A stretch of DNA of 64,000 nucleotides from Candidatus Multivoradales bacterium (GCA_965248925.1 CBDFLE010000006.1:4288001-4352000); one strand, 5' to 3'. Positions 37,810 through 48,404 are shown, counted from the first letter of the stretch. Notes: generated by a model from the sequence alone, not told the origin. Made by a program: numbers and translations.

Positions 37810-38499
37810 TCAAGCGGCGTCTGCTTCCTCGACCACCCGGCCGTCGAAGAGATGCACACTGCGCTCGGCATGGGCGGCATAGCGTGGATCGTGGGTGACC
37901 ATGCAGATCGTCGAGCCGGCTTTGTGGAGTTCTTTCATCAAATCCATCACCGCTTCGCCATTGGTCGAGTCGAGGTTGCCGGTGGGCTCGTCGGCGAGCA
38001 CGATCGAGGGGTCGCCGACCACTGCCCGGGCCACCGCCACGCGCTGCTGCTGACCGCCTGAAAGCTGTGCCGGGTAATGCTTCATCCGGTGGGCCATGCC
38101 AACCCGCTCGAGGGCTATCTGGACCTTTTTCTTGCGTTCCGCTGAGGCCGTGCCGCGGTAGGTGAGGGGGAGTTCGACGTTCTCGTACACCGTCAGGTCG
38201 CCGATCAGATTGAAGGCTTGGAAAATGAAGCCGACCTCGCGATTGCGGATCCGCGCCCGATCACTCAGGCTGAGCTTGGCGACCGGCTTGCCATTCAATG
38301 TGTAAGTACCCTCTGAGGGGCTGTCGAGTAGGCCGAGGATCGACAGTAGGGTCGACTTACCACAGCCTGAGGGGCCTGCGATGCAGACATACTCGCCGGT
38401 CTTGATGTCCAGGTGAATGCCGGATAGAGCATGGGTTTCCACGTCCTCGGTGTAGAAGACTTTGGTGACTCCTTCGAGCCTGATGAGTGTTTCGGACAT
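37810..38499 (-). CDS. MacB/LolD-type ABC ATP-binding protein
   Basis: [32 protein letters not shown]. Confidence 0.95.
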   Translation of the reverse strand: MSETLIRLEGVTKVFYTEDVETHALSGIHLDIKTGEYVCIAGPSGCGKSTLLSILGLLDSPSEGTYTLNGKPVAKLSLSDRARIRNREVGFIFQAFNLIGDLTVYENVELPLTYRGTASAERKKKVQIALERVGMAHRMKHYPAQLSGGQQQRVAVARAVVGDPSIVLADEPTGNLDSTNGEAVMDLMKELHKAGSTICMVTHDPRYAAHAERSVHLFDGRVVEEADAA

Positions 38500-38640
38500 T
38501 GCTTCTCCTCCTGTGGCGGGCCGCTTGCGCTAAAGGCGCTATCGGTCGAGTCGGTGACTGCTGTGGCTTGATTCGTCCTTAGTCGAGTATACGCATCGAC
38601 TAGCTCGGGTGTTACGTATTACCAGGATTCCATTGGGCGA

Positions 38641-39903
38641 TCAGTTGAGGGTGATTCGGTCGGCCTCGTCCCAGGCGCTGGTGTCGGAGAGGATCACCTT
38701 GTCGCCCTCGCGTAGTCCGCCGAGAATTTCGATGGTCTGCACCGAGGTGCGGCCGAGTTTAACCTGCACCCTATCGGCACTCTTGCCGTCGGCGGCGACT
38801 TGGAACAGACCGACGGTGCTGTTCGGCTGCACGTAGACCGGGCGTTGCACATGCAAGACGTTTTCTAGTCGCTCGAGTTCAACAGTTCCGTCGACGCTGA
38901 GGTCGGGTCGCGCACCTTTGGGCAGCGCCCCGATGAGTTCCACGTCGATGGTCACCGACCCCTGTTGGACTGCCGGATCGATTCGCGAAACTCGGCCTTC
39001 GATGATGCCGTTAACTCCAGCGCGGGTGTCGATGCGGGCCACTTGGCCGATCTGGATATCTTTGGCTTGAGTCTCGTTGATGCGCAGCTCGGCCATCAGT
39101 TTGCTGGGCTGGGCGACTCGCGCCAGGATGGTGGTGGGATCGATGCGCTGCCCTTCTTCGACCGGTACTTCTTGCAGCACGCCGTCGATTCCAGCTCGGA
39201 CCCGCAGTGAGTCGAGCTGGCTGGCACGTAGACCGTACAGGGCGCGTCGCTGTTCCAAGGCCGACTGCTGGGCAGCAAGCTGGGCGTTGATCGACTCGCT
39301 GGTTTTCTCGAGGCGCTCTTCTTCGATGCCCAGCCGCAGTTTCAGCTGGTCCGCGGTGAGCTGTGACTGGCGCAGACGGATATCGGGGATCAAGCCTTCA
39401 TCATTGAGTTTGACATTGGCTTCACGCTCGAGATCGGCGCTTTGGTAGTCGGATTTGACACTGGCCAGATTGGCTTTCTGGTCGAGCAGGTTGCTTTGTA
39501 GCCGGGCTTCCAGGTCGCGATAGGCCGCTACGGCGCCAGCGAGTTGCAGCTGAGCGTCTAGCACTTCCTGCTCCAACGACGGATTGGAGAGTTCGAGGAT
39601 GATGCTGGCGGCGGTGACTATGGCACCGGCGTCGATGATGATGTGTTCGACCCGGCCGTTGGTCTCGGCCGAAATCCAGCGGATCTCCTCCGGCACCAAG
39701 CTGCCGGGGCCACGTACCGCGCGTAGCATTTCGCCGCGCTTGACGGTTTCCACCCAAACGGACGACGCCTCGACCCGCCGAGCGGCAGGCTCCAGCCGGC
39801 TGAGAAAATAGGTGATCAGGGCGACGACCGCGAGGACAGCGACCACGGTCATGATTCGTTTGCGTTGCAGTTGCTTCTTGCGCTCCGGACGTTGGATGTC
39901 CAT
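38641..39903 (-). CDS. Periplasmic adaptor (HlyD/MFP) subunit
   Basis: N-terminal TM, VRGPGSLVPE, coiled coil, RIDPAV..G.VT.D, RPDLSVDG. Confidence 0.9.
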   Translation of the reverse strand: MDIQRPERKKQLQRKRIMTVVAVLAVVALITYFLSRLEPAARRVEASSVWVETVKRGEMLRAVRGPGSLVPEEIRWISAETNGRVEHIIIDAGAIVTAASIILELSNPSLEQEVLDAQLQLAGAVAAYRDLEARLQSNLLDQKANLASVKSDYQSADLEREANVKLNDEGLIPDIRLRQSQLTADQLKLRLGIEEERLEKTSESINAQLAAQQSALEQRRALYGLRASQLDSLRVRAGIDGVLQEVPVEEGQRIDPTTILARVAQPSKLMAELRINETQAKDIQIGQVARIDTRAGVNGIIEGRVSRIDPAVQQGSVTIDVELIGALPKGARPDLSVDGTVELERLENVLHVQRPVYVQPNSTVGLFQVAADGKSADRVQVKLGRTSVQTIEILGGLREGDKVILSDTSAWDEADRITLN

Positions 39904-39929
39904 AGGATCCTCCTGACCGACTTAGTTAG

Positions 39930-40044
39930 GCAAGGCTCATGCCATGGGTTCATGGGCTCTACGTAGTTGGATCCCGCCGGGTTGCGGTGCTGAGTTAGGA
40001 AAAGACCGTCCGTTTGTGGGATGCGGCCGTCCCATGAGCGAACG
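39930..40044 (-). promoter_or_regulatory. Sigma54 promoter TGGCATGAGCCTTGC with two upstream dyad sites
   Basis: -24/-12 box at 39930-39944. Dyads CGTCCG-N5-GGGATG (40007) and CGTCCC-N5-CGAACG (40028). Confidence 0.75.
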
Positions 40045-40125
40045 GCAACGGTTTCGAAACCGCGGCTCGCGGCGACGTTCAGCGGCCCTTGGCCGTAGAC
40101 CCACTGAGAACCGTCGGTAGAGGAC

Positions 40126-40422
40126 TCAATCGTTGGCGGCGGCCAGAGCGTCGATCCGGCGAGCCAGGGCGAGGTCGTGCTCGCTCAGTGCGCCGACATC
40201 GTGGGTGCTCAAATCGATAGTGAGTCGATTGTAGACGTTGAACCACTCGGGATGGTGGCCTTGGGCTTCGGCTACCAGGGCAACGCTGGACATGAAACCG
40301 AAAGCGCTTACGAAGTCGTCGAACAGCAGCTCGCGATGGAGCTTGCCGTCCTTCAGTGTCCAAGCGGTAAGCTCACGGAGGGCTGCTTCGATCTGTGGTG
40401 GGCTGAGTTTCTCGACCGACAT
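40126..40422 (-). CDS. phhB: Pterin-4a-carbinolamine dehydratase
   Basis: F.DFVSAFGFM..VA..AE...HHPEWFNVYN...LSTHD. Confidence 0.92.
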   Translation of the reverse strand: MSVEKLSPPQIEAALRELTAWTLKDGKLHRELLFDDFVSAFGFMSSVALVAEAQGHHPEWFNVYNRLTIDLSTHDVGALSEHDLALARRIDALAAAND

Positions 40423-40537
40423 GAAGTCCTCGCCAAGCGGCTGTGCCCGGCGGGGCTCGAACCTTGTCAATCGGCGCCGCGGGACAGGGTTTAGGGATTT
40501 TCACGATTCATTGCGGTTAGCATAATGGAAGAGTTCT

Positions 40538-42868
40538 ATGCCTGCCCTTGATTCCATCAAAGCCAAGTCGTTCGTAGCTCGGTCATTGGCCATCGTCTTG
40601 CTGGCGATTTTCTCGCTGGTTGCAGGGTACCCGTCAGCGGCTCGAGGAGCTGGGCTGACGGTGGCGTCGTCGTACGCGGTAGTGGTGCGGAAGGCCGTCG
40701 AACCGCCACGAATCGAGTTGCTGTTGGCAGTCGCTGGACTGCGCCATGGTTGGCTCGAAGCGACCTCAATGACCCACCCCGACTTGCCGCCGCGGCTGTG
40801 GCTGCTGGAGCCGGCGGCGGATGCGGTGGAGATGCGACTGGATCTACCGGCCGCCTTCAGTGACCAAGTGGTGATGCTGTGCCGGGCCGCTGAAGCTGAT
40901 GACGACAGTGTTCGCGGGGTGCTTTGCGAGCAGCCTTTCCTGCAAGCCGGAGATCAGTTGCTCCTTTCTTGGACTGAAGGGGCGGCGGTGACCGGCACTT
41001 ACTTGTTTGATCGCCGGCCGATCGCCGGGGTGCGGGTGGCGGCGGTGCCGGCTGGTCTCGGCACCCTACGTCCCTTCACCATGCCGCTGCGGGCTACAGC
41101 AAGCGCCGTGCGTAGGGAAGTGTGGACCGATGCCGACGGCAGCTTCCGCTTGCCGCCCTTGGGTCCCGGCGAATACTTGTTGGAAGCTCTCTTGCCCAGT
41201 GGTCGCATCCATCGCGGTGACCCCTTCGTGTTGGCACCAGCGGTGAGTCTGAGGGCCGAGCTTGGCCTCGATGGGGAAGTTGCGGTAGCCCGCGATCTCG
41301 GGGTGATCTATGTTGACGATGCCCTAGCGGTCGAGATCCTGGCCCGTGATGCGGCGGGACAGTCGTTGGCCGGTGTGCGGGTGGAGGCCCGCCAAGGCCG
41401 GCAGGTGTTCGAGTTACGCACCTTCGAGGGCGAGACTGATGCCGAGGGGCGCCTTGGGCTGAGTGGATTCGAACTGGACTTGCCCGCCACCGTGATCTGC
41501 CGTCGCGACGGTTATCTGCCAGTCGAGCAGGAGTTCGAGCAAATACCAGCGCGGGTGACCTGTGCTCTGGGCCGACCAGCGATGGTCCGTGGCCGGGTAT
41601 TGGACGGCGAGGGTCTGCCGCTGGCTGGCGCCAGAGTGAGCCTGGCGGCCGGCGACAGCTTGCCGATCGAGGTGCAGGCGGCCAGCATCTGCGCCGGCGA
41701 TGGCAAGTTCGAACTCACCGGTCTGAAGGCCGGCGAGGGCTGGTTGTGGCTCAGCGCTGGCGGTCAGGAGATCGAACGCCGGGAGATTTCGCTGGTGGCC
41801 GGTGAGACCGTCGATGTGGGCGATGTTCGGCTGCTGCTGGCCAGCCAAGTACAAGGGGTGGTGCGAGCCGCGAGCAGTGGCGAGCCCTTGGCCGGTATCA
41901 ACGTCCGGGTGCTCGAACCGCCGGGTGCGAAGGTGCTCAGCGATGCCGATGGAGCCTTTGCCCTCAGCGTGCCCCGTTTGGCCGGGGTGCAGGTTGAGGC
42001 GGCGGCGGAGGGCTGGGTGACCTTGGTGGCCGAACTCACCGCCGAGGCAAGCTCGGCTGATCAGCCCTTGACCCTCGCCCTTGATCGCGCCGGTTGGCTA
42101 GGGGTTGAGGTCGAATACTCCGCCGGTCGGCCGTGCCAGGGATGTCGTCTGGAGCTGGCTCCGATCGGCGAACAGCTGCTAACCGATGGCGAGGGGGTGG
42201 CTCTCTCCGGCCCCCTGGCAGCCGGTGAGTACCGCCTCTATTTGCCGCAGATCGACCATCTCGGGTCGGCGGTAATCGAGCAGCGGTACGCCAAGGGCGC
42301 CCGCGCCAGGGTCGTGGCGGGGGAGGTTACGGCGCTGCGTTTGAAGCTCGAAGAACAGCCGTTCGAGGTGCGTTTGACACCATCGCCGACGCCGCTACAG
42401 GACGGCCTGCGGTGGCTGCTTGGCGCCCGCCGCGGCTGGCAATTCGAGCGCCGTCATCCCCGGGCCGACGGCAGCTTTGAACTCGATGCCCGAGCGGGGC
42501 AAGTGATCGAGCTGGCGTTGCTTGGCGCGGATCCGAAGACCGGTGCTGAAGCCGAGATCCGTATCGGCCGCTTGCGCATCGCGCCGGGGCAGGACTCGGC
42601 GGAGGTGGAGCTGTCGAGCAGCTGGTTGGAAGGCCGGGTAGAGATCGACGGCGAGCCCGCGGTCGGCAAGACGGTGTGGTTGATCTCGTTGATCGACTTG
42701 CAGCCGTGGGCGCGGGTCGGAGTGGCCACCGACGGCAGCTTCCACATCCCCCACGCCTTACCCGGCATCTACTCGCTGCGGGTCGATAGTCGCCCGGTCG
42801 ACGTAGTGCGAGTGCCGATCCGTGGCCGGCTAAAGCTCAACACCTACCAGTTGCCGGCGGCCGATTGA
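40538..42868 (+). CDS. Secreted protein with repeated carboxypeptidase-regulatory-like (TD..G.F) domains
   Basis: Signal peptide; repeats of G.V.D..G.PLAGA.V and TDADG.F. Confidence 0.75.
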   Translation: MPALDSIKAKSFVARSLAIVLLAIFSLVAGYPSAARGAGLTVASSYAVVVRKAVEPPRIELLLAVAGLRHGWLEATSMTHPDLPPRLWLLEPAADAVEMRLDLPAAFSDQVVMLCRAAEADDDSVRGVLCEQPFLQAGDQLLLSWTEGAAVTGTYLFDRRPIAGVRVAAVPAGLGTLRPFTMPLRATASAVRREVWTDADGSFRLPPLGPGEYLLEALLPSGRIHRGDPFVLAPAVSLRAELGLDGEVAVARDLGVIYVDDALAVEILARDAAGQSLAGVRVEARQGRQVFELRTFEGETDAEGRLGLSGFELDLPATVICRRDGYLPVEQEFEQIPARVTCALGRPAMVRGRVLDGEGLPLAGARVSLAAGDSLPIEVQAASICAGDGKFELTGLKAGEGWLWLSAGGQEIERREISLVAGETVDVGDVRLLLASQVQGVVRAASSGEPLAGINVRVLEPPGAKVLSDADGAFALSVPRLAGVQVEAAAEGWVTLVAELTAEASSADQPLTLALDRAGWLGVEVEYSAGRPCQGCRLELAPIGEQLLTDGEGVALSGPLAAGEYRLYLPQIDHLGSAVIEQRYAKGARARVVAGEVTALRLKLEEQPFEVRLTPSPTPLQDGLRWLLGARRGWQFERRHPRADGSFELDARAGQVIELALLGADPKTGAEAEIRIGRLRIAPGQDSAEVELSSSWLEGRVEIDGEPAVGKTVWLISLIDLQPWARVGVATDGSFHIPHALPGIYSLRVDSRPVDVVRVPIRGRLKLNTYQLPAAD

Positions 42869-43014
42869 GGCCGCCATGAGCTAGAGAGTGGTGCCAGCCG
42901 GTCGCGGCTGCCAGGCGTAGTCCTTGTTGGGTCGAAGGGTCTTCAGGCGATGCCTGCTAAAGTCGTCGACCGAGGGCTTTCACTGTTTGCCAAGGACCCG
43001 TTGAGGAGATTCCG

Positions 43015-43704
43015 ATGAAAAAGACCGCTACTGTCCTCTCTTTTCTACTGCTTGGCGCCGCGGCGGCGACGCCGCTTATCGCCGCGGGCGGCTCGGCGGC
43101 CAGTACCCCGTCGCCGCAAGGCTCACCGTCGCAGTCCCCGTCGCCGCAGAAGGTGGCCCAGGAGCACTACCGAGTGGGCTTGAGTTTTCGCGACAAGGCC
43201 TGGAAGTTTGAGGAGAAGTTGGGCAAAGCCTCTACCGAGGCCGAGCGCGCCAAGCTGCGCAAGAAGATGCTGGACAGCTATGACCGCGCCGCCGGCAAAT
43301 ACCGCAACGCGATTTCCCGCGACGAGGGCCTCTTCCAGGCGCACAGCAGCCTGGGCTATGCGCTGCGCAAGATGGGCGACTATCCGGCGGCGCTCAAAGC
43401 CTACGACCGGGCTTTGGAGTTGGCGCCCTACTATGCTGAGGCGACGGAGTATCGGGCCGAGGCTTACCTCGGCCTCAATCGTCTGGACGAAGCCAAGGAT
43501 GCTTATATGGACCTCTTCCGCCAGGATCGACCCCGCGCCGATGAACTGTTGGCGGCGATGCAGCATTGGATCGAGAAGCGCAGCGTGTTTCCTGCCGGGG
43601 TCGAGGCGTCGACGATTGATGAGTTCAAAGCTTGGGTTGCCGATCGCGCTGAACTGGCCGAGCAGTCGGCGCAGCTGTCGCAGCAGCTGAATCGGCCCTG
43701 GTGA
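43015..43704 (+). CDS. Secreted TPR protein
   Basis: Signal peptide; AHSSLGYALRKMGDY..ALKAYDRALEL.P. Confidence 0.85.
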   Translation: MKKTATVLSFLLLGAAAATPLIAAGGSAASTPSPQGSPSQSPSPQKVAQEHYRVGLSFRDKAWKFEEKLGKASTEAERAKLRKKMLDSYDRAAGKYRNAISRDEGLFQAHSSLGYALRKMGDYPAALKAYDRALELAPYYAEATEYRAEAYLGLNRLDEAKDAYMDLFRQDRPRADELLAAMQHWIEKRSVFPAGVEASTIDEFKAWVADRAELAEQSAQLSQQLNRPW

Positions 43705-44867
43705 ACCGTTCGGTCGGCTTGCTGAGCGGTCTGGCATGGATCTTGGCCCTCGCGATCAGCTGGCTCGGCAGCGAGCCGCCGGTGGCGCCGCCGGCCGACC
43801 CCGGCGAGTCCTGGATTTGGCGCTTGCCGGCGGGCTTTCCACAGCCACGGGTGCCAGCTGAGAACCCAATGACGGTGGCCAAGGTCGAGCTCGGCCGCCG
43901 CCTGTTCTACGACCTGAGATTTTCTGGCGCGGGCGGCTACGCTTGTGCCAGCTGCCATGAGCAGCGGCTCGCTTTCACCGATGGTCGAGCGCGGGCGCTC
44001 GGCGCCAGCGGCGAGCGCCATTCGCTGAGTTCGATGTCGCTGACCAATGTTGCCTATGCAGCCAGCCTGGGTTGGGCTGATGCCGGTCTCAGGCGACTCG
44101 AAGATCAAGCTCAGGTGCCGATGTTCAATCAGCATCCGATCGAGCTGGGTATGGCCGGCCGCGAGGCTGAAGTCGAAGCCCGGTTGGCGGCCGATTCGCT
44201 GTATCGGCGGATGTTCGCCAGCGCCTTTCCGACGATCGAGAATCCCCTCGATCTCGACCATGCCGTTCTCGCTTTGGCCTCCTTCGAGCGCACCCTGATC
44301 TCCGGCGACTCGCCTTATGACCGACTGCTTTTCCACGATCAGCGCGGGGCCTTGTCGGCGGCGGCTCGGCGCGGCATGCGAATGTTCTTCTCCCAGCGTT
44401 TACGCTGCTTCGAGTGCCATGCCGGGTTCAATTTTTCTGGGCCGGTCGATTTTGTCGGCGCGCAGCCATCGCCGCTGCCGCTGGCGTTTCACAACACGGG
44501 TCTCTACAACCTGGACCTGTTCGGCAGCTACCCGGAGGGTGCTCGCGGTCTTTGGCAACATAGCCGCGAGCCTGGCGACATGGGCCGCTTCAAAGCCCCA
44601 ACCCTGCGCAACATCGCCTTGACGGCGCCCTACATGCATGATGGCAGTGTGCCCACGCTGGCTGCTGTGCTCGACCATTACGCGGCGGGTGGGCGCACTC
44701 TCGCCAGTGGCGCCCACGCTGGCGTTGGCTACGCCAATCCGCACAAGAGCGCGCTGGTGGCGGGGTTCGAGTTCGAACGCGGCCAGCGGGATGATCTGGT
44801 GGCCTTTCTCGACAGCCTGACCGACCAGACCTTGGTTGAGGATCCAGCCTTGGCCAGTCCATTCTGA
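43701..44867 (+). CDS. MbnH-like di-heme enzyme (bCcP/MauG superfamily)
   Basis: P..NPMT.AKVELGRRLFYD, CASCH, CFECH, FKAPTLRNIALTAPYMHDGS. Confidence 0.88.
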   Translation: MNRSVGLLSGLAWILALAISWLGSEPPVAPPADPGESWIWRLPAGFPQPRVPAENPMTVAKVELGRRLFYDLRFSGAGGYACASCHEQRLAFTDGRARALGASGERHSLSSMSLTNVAYAASLGWADAGLRRLEDQAQVPMFNQHPIELGMAGREAEVEARLAADSLYRRMFASAFPTIENPLDLDHAVLALASFERTLISGDSPYDRLLFHDQRGALSAAARRGMRMFFSQRLRCFECHAGFNFSGPVDFVGAQPSPLPLAFHNTGLYNLDLFGSYPEGARGLWQHSREPGDMGRFKAPTLRNIALTAPYMHDGSVPTLAAVLDHYAAGGRTLASGAHAGVGYANPHKSALVAGFEFERGQRDDLVAFLDSLTDQTLVEDPALASPF

Positions 44868-44879
44868 GCTGAGGGAAAT

Positions 44880-47675
44880 TCAGTTTTTGCGGACGCGAAA
44901 CCGCTCAGCCTCGGCCGGCCGGCCGGTGGCCTGGTAGTAGTCGATCAGTCGTTTGCGAGCACTATGGAGGTATTTCGAAGCGGCGGGGTTCGCATGCTCG
45001 GCTTGTAGCTGGTAGCCATCGAGCAGAAACCGCTCGGCTTCGTCGACTCGTCCGGTTCTCAACAACAGCTCACCATGGATGCTCTGTGCCGCACCGCGGT
45101 CGGCTTCGGTGGAGAAATCACCGAAGGGTGGCTGGCTGTGTTGGAGAGCCTTTTCGTAGTGCTTTTCTCGCAGATAAAAAGAAGCGAGGTTGCGGTGGGC
45201 TTGTGCCACCTGCAAGCTGCCTGGGCGGAAGACTTCGAGTTGATAACTCAGGATGCGTTTGAAGTAGCCCTCGGTGGCAGCAGGATCCTCCAGGTCGTAG
45301 CTGACCACCGCCAAATTTAGCAGGATACCGGAAATTTCTGACGGGTTGCCTTCGAGGCCTTCGAATAGCTCAAGTGCCTCTTCATAGCCGTTTCTGGCTT
45401 CTTTCAGCAATTCGTCATCGCCACTCTGCTTCGCCAGCCTCTTGGTTGTCAGAGCTAGGTTGTTCAGGAACGAAGCGCGTTTCTCTGTCCGTGCATCGAC
45501 GAAGAAAGGGCGAGCTTGATTCAAAGTTGTGATCGCCTCTTGGAGTCGCCCTTGCCGGCTGTAGATCGTCGCCAGAGTGGTGAGATCCGCGCCTAGGTCG
45601 ATGTGGTATCGGCCGAGGGCTTCACGATGGAGATCATAGGCCCGCAGTGAAAGCTTCTCTGCTCGTCTCCAACCGCCATGCTCGATTAGCGCGCGGGCAA
45701 CCCGATCCAGGCTGCGGGCGGTCAAGGCGTGATCGGGAACCAATTGTTGGTGAATTTCTAGAGCTTCTTCGAACTCTGCTAGAGCCTTCTCGTGCTGACC
45801 TTGTGTGAGGTGAACCTCCCCCAGATTTTCCAGGTTCTTGGCCAGAGCCAAGCGCGTATCTTCAGAATCGACGCGATTTCGACGCACCTCAACTACCTGG
45901 CGCAGTAGGGACTCACCTTGGTTTAGCTCCCCCTGGTCTACCAATGCCTGGCCGAGGTAGGTTTGGGCGTTGATCAGTTGATTTGCGTAGTCTTCGCCAC
46001 CGGCCTGCAACGGGTCTATCGCTGCGCTGAGTAGGGGGACGGCTTCACTCAGGAGGTTGAGACGCTGGAGGACGAATCCCAGGCTGGCTTGGGTGGAGTT
46101 GGTCTTGGGATGGCGGGCTCCCAGCTCGGCCCGGCGGGTGTCGAGAATCTCGCTGTACAGCTGGCGGGCGTCCTCGAGGCTTTTGAGTCTGCTGTAGGTG
46201 CTTGCCACCAGGGTTAGCAGGTCGGCGCGCAGCAGGGGTCGGTCGGCCAAATCCTGGCGCAGATCTACCGCCAACACATCGAGTCTAACGCTTGTGGGAT
46301 TGTAGGGGTCGTTACTAAACACTGCTTGCCGGAGGAGATCTTGGACCTTCGAGCGGGTGTCCAGTTCGCGGGCGCGGCGAGCTTCGCTGAACGCTACCCA
46401 ACCGAGCAGCACAACACCCAGCACCGCGGCCGCCACTGGTAGCCAGAAGCGGCGCAGGAAGCGGCTGGAGCGATAGGCGAAAGTCTGTGGCCGGGCCAGG
46501 ATGGTGCGGCCGTCGAGGTGGCGGCGCAGGTCTTCGGCGAGTCGGTCGACCGTGGGATAGCGCCGCTCGGGATCCTTCTCTAACGCTTTTAGAACGATGG
46601 TGTCGAGATCGCCGCGCAGCCGGCGATGCAGCTGCTTCGGGTCGACCCCACGGTGTTGGCCGATGATCACCGGGTCGGTTTTCGAACCGCGCTCATTCGG
46701 GTCTCGAGCGGCGCGCAGGCGGCGAACCGCGGTCGAGGGCCGGTTGGGAGATTGGTGAGTGATCGATCGCCCAAGTCCCTCCGGGGTGCTGTTGTTGAGG
46801 TGGTACGGGCGGGCGCCGGTGAGTAGTTCATAGAGCAATACTCCGAGTGAGTAGACATCGCTCGAAGTGGTCACTGGTTCACCGAGGATCTGCTCTGGGC
46901 TAGCGTAGTCCGGGGTCATCGGCCGGTGTTCGGCGAGGGTCAGGAGGCGACTTGACTGACTTTCGTCGGCCAGCAGTTTGGCGATGCCAAAATCCAGCAG
47001 CTTGGGCTCGCCGTTGGTGGTGACCAGGATGTTCGAGGGCTTGAGATCGCGGTGCACTACCAGGTTGCGGTGGGCAAGCGCCACGGCGGAACAGACCTTG
47101 AGGAACAGCCGCAGCCGCTCGCCGATGGTGAGTCGTTGGCCATCGCAGTAGCTGTCGATGGGCTGGCCTTCGACATGCTCGAGGACGAAGTAGGGCAGCC
47201 CGTCCTCAGTGCTGCCGCCATCGAGCAGGCGGGCGATGTGGGGATGCTCGAGGCGAGCCAAGATCTGCCGCTCGTTCTCAAAACGGCGGACGATCTCATC
47301 GGTGTCCATGCCTCGTTTGAGCAGTTTTAGCGCTACCTGCTGTTCGAATCCTTCCTGGCGCTCGGCCAGGTAGACCGCTCCCATGCCGCCCTGGCCGAGC
47401 TTTCGGCGCAGCTGGTAGACGCCGATCCGGCGGCCGATAGCGACATCCTCTGTTGTCTCGTCATTCGTGGTCTGACTGGGAGAGCCGAGGCGAATCACCG
47501 GTTCTTCGATGAAGGTTTCGGCGGCATCTTCCTCGTCAAGTAGGGAGTCGACTTCATCAAACAGCAGGCGATCACCGGCGCAGCGGTCGCGTAGCCAGTC
47601 TCGGCGTTCGGCCGGCTCGACCGCTTCGGCCTCGAATAGCACCTGTTTGATCTCTGACCAGCGCTCTTGATCCAC
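44880..47675 (-). CDS. Hanks-type Ser/Thr kinase with TM helix and TPR repeats
   Basis: GQGGMGAVY, HRDLKPSN, DFGIAK, TPDYASPEQ, TPRs. Confidence 0.93.
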   Translation of the reverse strand: MDQERWSEIKQVLFEAEAVEPAERRDWLRDRCAGDRLLFDEVDSLLDEEDAAETFIEEPVIRLGSPSQTTNDETTEDVAIGRRIGVYQLRRKLGQGGMGAVYLAERQEGFEQQVALKLLKRGMDTDEIVRRFENERQILARLEHPHIARLLDGGSTEDGLPYFVLEHVEGQPIDSYCDGQRLTIGERLRLFLKVCSAVALAHRNLVVHRDLKPSNILVTTNGEPKLLDFGIAKLLADESQSSRLLTLAEHRPMTPDYASPEQILGEPVTTSSDVYSLGVLLYELLTGARPYHLNNSTPEGLGRSITHQSPNRPSTAVRRLRAARDPNERGSKTDPVIIGQHRGVDPKQLHRRLRGDLDTIVLKALEKDPERRYPTVDRLAEDLRRHLDGRTILARPQTFAYRSSRFLRRFWLPVAAAVLGVVLLGWVAFSEARRARELDTRSKVQDLLRQAVFSNDPYNPTSVRLDVLAVDLRQDLADRPLLRADLLTLVASTYSRLKSLEDARQLYSEILDTRRAELGARHPKTNSTQASLGFVLQRLNLLSEAVPLLSAAIDPLQAGGEDYANQLINAQTYLGQALVDQGELNQGESLLRQVVEVRRNRVDSEDTRLALAKNLENLGEVHLTQGQHEKALAEFEEALEIHQQLVPDHALTARSLDRVARALIEHGGWRRAEKLSLRAYDLHREALGRYHIDLGADLTTLATIYSRQGRLQEAITTLNQARPFFVDARTEKRASFLNNLALTTKRLAKQSGDDELLKEARNGYEEALELFEGLEGNPSEISGILLNLAVVSYDLEDPAATEGYFKRILSYQLEVFRPGSLQVAQAHRNLASFYLREKHYEKALQHSQPPFGDFSTEADRGAAQSIHGELLLRTGRVDEAERFLLDGYQLQAEHANPAASKYLHSARKRLIDYYQATGRPAEAERFRVRKN

Positions 47676-47780
47676 AGTTTGCTCCGGAGGACTCGTGCTG
47701 CGGGGGTATCCCGCGTTGGCTCTCCTTATTCTAGAAACGCGTGAAGTAGCGCCGATTTAGACCGTTGGATTGTTGATTCA

Positions 47781-48404
47781 TCATCCATCTCGCTTGAGCT
47801 CACGGAAAAGCCACAGTTTGGCGATCTTCCATTCTCGTTTGATAGTGGTCGGTGAGAGTTCGAGCAAGGTGGAGACTTCTTCGATCGACAGGCCAGCAAA
47901 AAATCGCAGCTCGACGATGCGGCTCTGACGCTGGTCGAAGCGGGCCAAGTCGAGCAGCGCGTCGTCGAGACGCACCAGGTCAATATGTCGCCGCTCGGCC
48001 AAGTCCAGAGCCTCGTCAAGGTAGATCTTGCGCGCTCCGGAGCCGCGCTTGGCAGCGTTGTGGCTGCGTGCGTGATCGACCAGGATCTTGCGCATCAGAG
48101 AGGCCGAGAAGCCGAAGAACTGAAGCCGGTTCTTCCACTGCACCTGGCGCCGATTCTTAAGTCGTAGATAGAGCTCGTTGACCAGCGCGGTGGGTTGCAG
48201 GGTGTGGGCGTCGGATTCACGCCGCAAGTACTGCCTAGCGATCTTGTGAAGCTCGTCGAAGACCAAAGGAATGAGTTCAGCGAGGGCTTCTTCGTTACCG
48301 TCACTCCACTCGAGGAGCACCCTGGTTACGTCTGGCTCGTCGCCGCTGGCGGCGGTTGGGTCGGGCTCGTCAGCCCCATTCTTGTCAGGGGGGTTAGTCA
48401 ACAT
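47781..48404 (-). CDS. ECF sigma factor (ECF43/TIGR02999-like)
   Basis: HTLQPTALVNELYLRL, MRKILVDHAR, VELRFFAGL. Confidence 0.92.
   Translation of the reverse strand: MLTNPPDKNGADEPDPTAASGDEPDVTRVLLEWSDGNEEALAELIPLVFDELHKIARQYLRRESDAHTLQPTALVNELYLRLKNRRQVQWKNRLQFFGFSASLMRKILVDHARSHNAAKRGSGARKIYLDEALDLAERRHIDLVRLDDALLDLARFDQRQSRIVELRFFAGLSIEEVSTLLELSPTTIKREWKIAKLWLFRELKRDG

Noticed and set aside
40443-40466. tRNA-like GGTTCGAGCCC on the minus strand
   Set aside because: The T-stem does not pair and no cloverleaf forms
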